NCBI GenBank assembly: GCA_951406725.2
Contig: OX597830.1
Location: forward strand, 64,728,001-64,792,000
Direction of reading: 5' to 3'
From: Octopus vulgaris
Taxonomy: Eukaryota
Length of the DNA: 64,000 bases
Both the position numbers and the translations under genes were made by a program. Under the pieces are notes generated by a model that ran no database searches, was not told the DNA's origin, and saw only the letters and a program-made list of their open reading frames with translations. This document shows, in pieces, positions 55,859 to 64,000 of this stretch (position 1 is its first letter; every line of letters starts with the position of its first letter).

Positions 55859-56154
55859 CGTGATCGACTAGCCTATCAGATGTTGCGACACATCGCTGCT
55901 CACAATGCGCTTCGCATTACTTTAGCCTTCAGATGACGCCACCCCGCTGTCTAAGCGAGCAGGACAAGAAGAGAGAGGGAGAGAAAGTTGTGGCGAAAGT
56001 TTTCAGCAGAGATGGCCACCACCTCCATGCCGGACCCTAGTGGAGGATTAGGTGTTTTCGCTCGTTGAGCACTCGCAACGCCCGGTCTCGGAATCGAAAC
56101 CGCGATCCTACGACCGCGAATCCGCTGCCCTTACCACTGTGCCACTGCGCCTCC
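55855..56154 (-). mobile_element. SINE (head B + tail iii)
   Basis: Head and body as in 10367, then cctgctcgcttagacagcggggtggcgtc...gatcacggtga. Confidence 0.85.
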
Positions 56155-56183
56155 ACACACACACACACATACTTACATACATA

Positions 56184-56246
<63 letters not shown>

Positions 56247-56530
56247 CATACATAGATACACATAGAGAGACGTAGATAACAGAAACAAGAATATATCAGT
56301 ATGAGAAATTATGTGATGGTGTAAAGAAAATGAAAACTGCAAATCTGCCATTTAAAAGTTCGTACGCTGGCCAAATATATGCTGAGTGTGTACCATATAC
56401 AAATATTTTCGTACTTACGTATACATGGATGTGGATAGTTACATATATGTAGAAACTGAGAGAATGAGAGCGAGGGTGATGTGTGCAAACGCATACAGTA
56501 TTATGTATAAGCTTATGAAACATAAGCATG

Positions 56531-56589
<59 letters not shown>

Positions 56590-56833
56590 GGTATCCGTTT
56601 TTGATTGTATACAAGATAAATATAATTAATATCAGAATTATAAATAATGATACAATATAAAGGAGGGATATGAAAGAATATAACAATAAGAAGATCGATA
56701 AATTATATGTTAGCCACCATCCATCTATTCATTCAGTCATTCATCCATCTATCTATCTATCTATAAGTCTGTCTGTCTGTCTGTCTATGTACATATGCAT
56801 GTATGTATCTATCTATCTCTCTCTCTATATATA

Positions 56834-56926
<93 letters not shown>

Positions 56927-57129
56927 GTATGTATGTATGTATACACGTGGTTACGTTTGGAAATGATCGGACGGGAATGAGTGAACAAAAAGTACTTTCT
57001 AAACAGGAGAGTGCAAAAGGAGATAGCGTGTCTATGTGTGGGTATGTGCGTATGTGTGTCTGGGTTTTGCTATATATATATTACGGAGTATTATATATGT
57101 ATATATATACATATACATCCATACATACG

Positions 57130-57197
<68 letters not shown>

Positions 57198-57202
<5 letters not shown>

Positions 57203-57966
57203 TTATTCAATAAAATCGCCATTGGCTTTAACGACGGCCTCCAGATGACTTCGGAATCTCCTGCAACTCTTCTGGACGGTCTTCTTGCTTAAGTTGCTGA
57301 ATGCTGCCATAATCCTTGCCTTCAGTTCATCTTTGGTGTTACAAGGAGTTTTGTTGGCCTCCTGCCCAACAGCGCCCCACACATAACATTCATAGGGGTT
57401 GCTGTCTGGGGAGTTAGGTGGCCAGAAGTTCGGGGTAATGTGGTCGCAGAAATTATCTGACAGCCATGACTGGGTCCTCATGCTTGTGTGGCATGGTGCC
57501 GAGTTCTGTGGCCAGACATAGGGTTTTCCAGCAGCAACCCTCTTGACCCAGGTCAGCACCACCTCCTCCAGTCACTTGATGTAGGCTTCCGTGTTGAGTC
57601 TGGGGCCGTATGGGAAGATGAATAGCTGCATAACGTCGCCATCACTAGTGATCTCTCGAAACACCATGATGTTGATTGGATTCTTGATTCTTATCACTCT
57701 CAGTACATGTCCTCAGATTGCACTGTCCTCAGATTGACACTCAAATACTCTGAAATGTTGATATGGGAGTATCCGGTGCGAATGTCAAAGAATACATGTC
57801 GTTTCCAAATTTCTGGCAGAGTGAATTGTGTCATGGTGCTTTTTTTCTCACAGACGGTGCCCAACTGACTCTACTATACTGAGTAGTCGACAAAATCAAA
57901 ACCAAACAATGCACATGCCCAAACTTAAGAATTTAAAATGCCAACAATTTTACCCATCGTACACTG
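57198..57966 (-). mobile_element. Internally deleted maT (DD37D)-like Tc1/mariner element
   Basis: QNSAPCH...WPPNSPDSNPYECYVWG...[12 protein letters not shown]. There are 37 residues between the (mutated) second and third catalytic positions. TIR-like cagtgtacgatgggtaaaattg at 57966. Confidence 0.8.
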
Positions 57967-57987
57967 TGTGTGTATGTGTGTGTGCAT

Positions 57988-58053
<66 letters not shown>

Positions 58054-58055
<2 letters not shown>

Positions 58056-58972
58056 CGGGAAGCTTTATGAAAATAGACAAAAGACGAAGGCAGGTGGAAA
58101 ACAAACAAACAATTGTATTAGTATGGCGCTCAGGAAATATAAATAAAACAAGTCTTTAACGTTTCGAGCCTACGCTCTTCAACAGAAAGGTACACCGAGA
58201 AAAAAGATACAGAAAGAAGGAGAGAAAAAAATGCGTGCAGTAACTAACGAATCAACATGGCGATCTGATTTCGGCCAGAAGTCAAAGATCAAACATGAGA
58301 CGCGAGAGCGAAATTAGGGGAGATAATAGGGTTGAATGACCTACTCCAACATAAGGGTGTGTGTGTGTGTGTGTGTGTATGAGAGAGTATTAGTGCGTAT
58401 GAGAGGTCTGGACGTGTGTATGTATAGGGTTGGTGTATGTATTAGTATGTATTAGTATGTATTAGTTGTGTATTAGTATGTATTAGTTGGTGTATGTATT
58501 AGTATGGCACATCATATATGATGTGATGTGTAAAGTCGTGTGGTGTAGTGTGGAAAGAGGAGAAGAGGGGGAGGGGGAAGGGGGAGGAGAGGAGGAAGGA
58601 GGAAAGAGGGAGAGAGACGGGGAGTGAGGGAGCAGAGGGAAGGGGAAGAGGGAAGGAGGGAGGGAGAAAGAGCGAAGAAGGGAAGGGGAGTAGGGGTGAA
58701 AGGATGAAGGACTGAAGAGAAGTAGGGGTCGGGGGGAAAAGTAGGTGAGGAGGGGGGAGAGGGGGGTTAGATGAGGAGGGGGGAGAGTTGATACCAAATG
58801 GCGTATAAGAGCGAAGAGAGAAGATTAATTCCTGTTCACGGCGCAAACGGGAATCCGGATGGCCTCTGTGTAAGGACAAACCGAACACAGACAGGTGTTG
58901 CAAGGAGTGACCGGTGGAGCGGAAATGGCGTGAGACCGGTGTGTCGTTCGCAAGGTGGATGTCACGAAGGTG
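58054..58972 (-). mobile_element. 5'-truncated Penelope-like retroelement (GIY-YIG endonuclease C-terminus + pLTR)
   Basis: 58972-58784 encodes HLRDI...PVSRHFRSTGH...RLRREQELIFSLRSYTPFGIN, the typical PLE GIY-YIG C-terminal pattern. A C-rich UTR and a hammerhead-bearing pLTR follow. (TA)n on both flanks. Confidence 0.85.
58154..58189 (-). ncRNA. Minimal hammerhead-like ribozyme in the PLE pLTR (variant core)
   Basis: cttt-CTGTTGA-A-GAGC-gtag-GCTC-GAAAC-GTT-aaag. Confidence 0.6.
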
Positions 58973-59229
58973 ATATATATATAAATACATAGGCACATAT
59001 GTATGTCCTCATATATATTTGTGTGTGTATTTATATATGAACAGACGCTCACGCGCACACGAATATACACGCACACGCGAGTATACATAGATGTAGGTGC
59101 CTCTTTGCAACCGGTGTTAGTTCCCAAACGATCATTTAACTCAGCGTTTCAGTAAAGGTGTGTGATAAAATATCTAAATATATATGATGGGTGTGTTTGT
59201 ATGTATGTACGAATATATATATATATATT

Positions 59230-59390
59230 ATCGTATTTCATGTTCACGACACGAGTTAAAATAAAATAAGAACAGTATTAAACGAGTGAAAGAAAAATAT
59301 AGTGCGTGTGTTTATATGCCAGAAAGTGAAATGACCATCCCGAAATAAAACATCTATTTCAACACACGGTTTCACATTAGGAATCTTTCA
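59230..59390 (-). repeat. Copy of the repeat family at 62195-62330 (a more distant copy at ~3135-3200)
   Basis: Shared attcct.atgtgaa..cgtgtgttgaaa.agat...tatttcgggatggt...aaaca.acgcactatat. Confidence 0.7.
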
Positions 59391-59411
59391 AAACGAAATG
59401 ATAAACGTGTT

Positions 59412-59491
<80 letters not shown>

Positions 59492-59534
59492 TGTGTGTGT
59501 GTTTGTGTGTGTGTGTATGTATATGTATATACGT

Positions 59535-59618
<84 letters not shown>

Positions 59619-59622
59619 ACAT

Positions 59623-59699
<77 letters not shown>

Positions 59700-60356
59700 T
59701 AATTCTGTGTTTGTCTTTATATTTATTTGTCCACCCTTTCACCGCTTGACAACCGGTGATTGTGTGTTTACCTCCCCGTAACTATCAGTTCGGTAAAGGA
59801 GACCGACTGATAGAATAAGCACTTTGCCTGTAAAAAATAACGCTGGAGTCGATCTGTTTGACCAAAGCCCTACAAGGCGGTGCTCCAGCTTGGCCGCATC
59901 GAAATATCTGCAACGAGTACACGAACAAAAGAATATAATCATTGTTTGAGGCTGTAAAAGCACTGCTACGGTGTGGGCTATGGCGGTGGGGTGATTGTTT
60001 AAATGTTGCGGTATTGTGGTCATAGGAAGGAAATGACACGCTTCAACTGTTTAACCCAGACATTTCCGTTTCGGTTACACTTCCCTCCGTTCAATGACGC
60101 AGCAAAATTCACTTCTGTTTGATTAAGAAATGAATCTGTCTGTCTGTCTGTCTGCCTATCTTTTTCTCTATGTGTGTGTGTGTGTGTGTGTGCGTGTGTG
60201 TGTACGTATGTATGCCTATGCATGTATGTAACAATGTATTCATGTATCTATGTATTTATGTATACATGCATGCATGTATGTATATATGTATGTAGGTATG
60301 AAAGAATGTATGTATGTATATATGTATGTAGGTATGAAAGAATGTATGTATCTATC

Positions 60357-60401
<45 letters not shown>

Positions 60402-60404
60402 ATA

Positions 60405-60580
60405 TTCGCCATGATAGATCGTTAGCCCCTAAACTTATTTTGTATTTTCTCTCTCTGCTTATTTTTTTGTTCCTTTCTGTTGAAGAGCGTAGGCTCGAAA
60501 TGTAAAAGACTTTCTCACTTCCCGAGCGGTAAACTAATGCATCTGTTTGTTACTTACACGCCCGTCTTCGTCTTTTCTTC
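60405..60580 (+). mobile_element. Solo Penelope-like pLTR fragment with hammerhead-like motif at 60473-60508
   Basis: cttt-CTGTTGA-A-GAGC-gtag-GCTC-GAAAT-GTA-aaag. Homologous to 4615-4795 and 58054-58270. Confidence 0.7.
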
Positions 60581-60753
60581 GTCAGATTCACATTAAAAGC
60601 TAAAGATTCTGCTTGTGTTGATAGTTGTATTAGAGTTTACGCTACTTCCACGAGAAATGTATCTAACTGTCTATCTATCTATCTATGTTTTTGATTATAT
60701 TTGTACGTATGTCTGAAATGACGTATGCGTTAGTATATATGTAAATGTATGTG

Positions 60754-60804
<51 letters not shown>

Positions 60805-60912
60805 ACACACATACACACACACATACACACACATATACACACATACACACACACATGTACACACACATACTAACACACACACACATACACACAGACACAT
60901 ACACACACACAT

Positions 60913-60961
<49 letters not shown>

Positions 60962-60962
60962 T

Positions 60963-61005
<43 letters not shown>

Positions 61006-61309
61006 ACTGACATACAAATGTACCTACACACACACATATTCTAATCTAAGCATTGTATATCTTAGTGTTGTCCTATAAAGCTTTATCGCCCACCTGTTCT
61101 GGTGATCTTTATCAGGTTTACACTCACAAACATACACAATCAAGCATATACACAGAAACTTTCACACACAAATGCACATATATACACACATATTTTCTCT
61201 TTTTTTTTGGTGGTGGGGGCATAAGTTATGAAAGAAAATAAGATGAAATAACATTCTATATTATTTTATAAGTCGTGATTTATTATTATTATTATTATTA
61301 TTGTTGTTG

Positions 61310-61365
<56 letters not shown>

Positions 61366-61617
61366 GTAGTTGTTGTTGTTGTTATTGCTATTATTATAAT
61401 TATTATCATTATTATTATTGTTATTGTTGTTGTTGTTGTTATTATTATTATTATTATCATTATTGTTATTATTATTATCATTATTAACGGTGGAATTTAT
61501 TAGTTACAGGAGTGGCTCAGATACATCAGCTGAGGTTCTGTACGCTCGGCTTTGTTTCTTAACAACAATTGCCTTTAAAAATTTAGGTTGTCAGTATCAA
61601 CATTTCATTTCTTACCT

Positions 61618-61728
<111 letters not shown>

Positions 61729-61816
61729 TATAGATAGATATATAGATAGATAGATAGATATATAGATAGATATGTGTATATATGTATGTATATCATTACA
61801 TATATGTATGTATGTA

Positions 61817-61847
<31 letters not shown>

Positions 61848-61887
61848 GTATATATATATATATACGTGACGTGACGTATATATATAT

Positions 61888-61948
<61 letters not shown>

Positions 61949-62085
61949 TAAATTAGAGATAAAACCACTATTAGGCAAATCAAACAATGAAAAACTTAAG
62001 CCAATACATAAAATTAATTAATTTATATTATTTTAAATATATATATCAAAATTATTAAAAGTTTAATAAAAGATAATGAGTAAAA

Positions 62086-62154
62086 CACTACGATCGTTTC
62101 ATGGCTGTCCAATTCGTAATAATTCGAGTTATGGTTACAATCAATCTTCAGGTG
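62086..62154 (-). ncRNA. Type I hammerhead ribozyme motif with long stem II
   Basis: CAC-CTGAAGA-t-tgattgt...acagcca-t-GAA-ACGATCGT-A-GTG: canonical core, palindromic stem III, GTA triplet, stem I CAC/GTG. Confidence 0.7.
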
Positions 62155-62237
62155 ATTGAAATATTTATCTTAGCGAGGTTTATGAATTTGTGTTGCATGA
62201 TTCCTGATGTGAAGTCGTGTGTTGAAACAGATATTAG

Positions 62238-62573
62238 TGTATTTCGGGATGGTGGTTTTCTTTGCCAAATAAACATACGCACTATATATTCGATCTCCAT
62301 TCATTTATTACTCATCTTATTCTAACTCAGGTCAATTGTCCAGACATCTTTCGTCACACATCTGTGACCTCCTCAGTGACACATTTCGTCTTCGTGTGTT
62401 CTCTTTCTCTGCTTATTCCATTCTTATCTACGATAGGTCACAGATGTGTGACGAAAGATTTCCGGACAATGAACATGAGTTAGAATAAGAACAGTAATGA
62501 ACGAGTGGAGAGCGAATATATAGTGCGTATGTTTATTTGGCAAAAGAATAAAAAACGACCATCTCGAAATACA
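62238..62573. repeat. ~135-bp diverged inverted repeat with 64-nt spacer
   Basis: 62238-62370 versus 62435-62573. The inner 25 bp are perfectly complementary. Confidence 0.9.
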
Positions 62574-62829
62574 ACGGTATATATATATATACATATACAT
62601 ATGTATGTATATATAAATACACACATACATACACATATATATACATACACTATATATATATGTATATATATATGTATGTATATATGTATATACATATATA
62701 GATAGCGACAGAGAAGTACAAATAGATGAATAGACATATATATGTTTATGTATGTACATAGATATATATACTTGGCCTTATATAACCTTATACAAATTTA
62801 TATAAGTGTACACACACTCACACCCACAT

Positions 62830-62869
<40 letters not shown>

Positions 62870-63216
62870 AAGCGAGAGAGAGAGAGAGAGACAGAGAGAG
62901 AGTGATACACACATACATGCACACATATGTATATATATGTATATATATAACGATGTATATGTGCGATTGTGTATGTGTTTGGCTCCCCACCGTTCGACAG
63001 CCGGATTTGGTGTATTTATGGCCAAGTAATTTAGTCTTCAGGTAAAGAAACTGATAGACTAAGCACATTTTAAAAATGATAAAATCCCGTGGTCGACACG
63101 GAATCCAATAACTGAAACAAATAAAGGATAAAAATTTATTAGTTGCATTTCTGTTGATGAAAATTTTAGGACCAGTCGCTAATATTCGTGCTGAATAAGT
63201 GATTTCACTGATAATA

Positions 63217-63997
63217 CAGTGATCCCTCACCATATCGCGGTTCATCTATCGCGGTTTATTATTTACGCTTGCGTCAATTCCTCTGTGGTTTTATTTTGCA
63301 TTTATAATGAAATAAACATTTACAAATTATAAAAGTAATAATATATATATATATATATATAAGAATATAAGCTATATATAAGCTACTGCAGAATATAAGC
63401 TACTGAGAAAGACTCAAGAGATTAAAACTCTATTCCTTGGAGCGGAGGCGGGAAAGATATGCCATAATATACATCTGGAAGATCCTGGAGGGACTTGTCC
63501 CAAACTTTGGCATCGAGAGTTACACAAATGCCAGAACTGGGCGCCACTGCATGGTGCCTAGGACTCCAAATTTGCCATCAAGATGTAGGACAAGATACTG
63601 TGATAGCCTGGGCTTCCGAGGCCCACAGCTCTTCAATATCCTCCCGAAGAACCTAAGAGACCTGCATGGGGTGGATGCAGATGTCTTTAAAATGAAACTG
63701 GATCTCTTCCTGTCAGGTGTCCCAGATGAACCAACTTCACGGCAGGAGGTGCAGATGAGGGCAGCTGCATCGAACTCTCTCATGCACCAAATGGCAGTTG
63801 CCAAAAAGCTTTCGTGAAGTAAAACCATGTAGCAACACCAAATGGCGGTGCCCCAGCATGGCCACAGCTCATGAGCTGAAACTAGAATCAATCAATCAAT
63901 ATATATATACAGTACAGTACTATTTATACTTCGCGGATTTTCACCAATTGCTTCGGGGTTTTGGAACTTTACACCCGTGATAGACGAGGGATTACTG
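63217..63997. mobile_element. Tigger/pogo-like MITE split by a CR1 insertion
   Basis: TIRs cagtgatccctcaccatatcgcgg / ccgtgatagacgagggattactg, each flanked by TA. Confidence 0.75.
63361..63900 (+). mobile_element. CR1-clade LINE 3' fragment (second family)
   Basis: ERLKRLKLYSLERRRERYAIIYIWKI...GPQLFNILPK...FKMKLDLFL..VPDEP is homologous to the C-terminus of the 26932 ORF. Structured 3' UTR, (ATCA)n tail, TA-rich flanks. Confidence 0.9.
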
Positions 63998-64000
63998 TAA

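Overview
64 kb of AT-rich animal DNA saturated with (TA)n, (CA)n, (TACA)n, (TATC)n, (AAT)n and (AGT/GGT)n microsatellites. The SINE types and repeat landscape suggest an octopus/cephalopod genome, which is an inference. I can support no intact host gene, and nearly all ORFs in the track are microsatellite translations. The real content is mobile DNA. It includes a young 5'-truncated CR1-clade LINE with an uninterrupted ~530-codon RT ORF (26932-28521), a second CR1 3' end, and Tx1/L1-, R4/Dong- and RTE-clade fragments. There is also a Penelope-like element (GIY-YIG C-terminus plus pLTR), two non-autonomous Helitrons, several Tc1/mariner relics, a Tigger-like MITE and many tRNA-derived SINEs. 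Five observations stand out: (1) several hammerhead-ribozyme motifs in Penelope-type repeats, including a three-copy family with a non-canonical core; (2) a covarying two-hairpin+GAAAC 3' RNA motif shared by two divergent CR1 LINEs and a SINE family; (3) combinatorial head/tail shuffling among SINEs, including a tail resembling Tx1-type 3' ends; (4) a near-perfect ~0.87 kb inverted duplication; (5) apparent clade-specific association of retroelements with particular microsatellites. SINE family labels A-D and tail labels i-iv are my own working names. All alignments and folds were done by eye.
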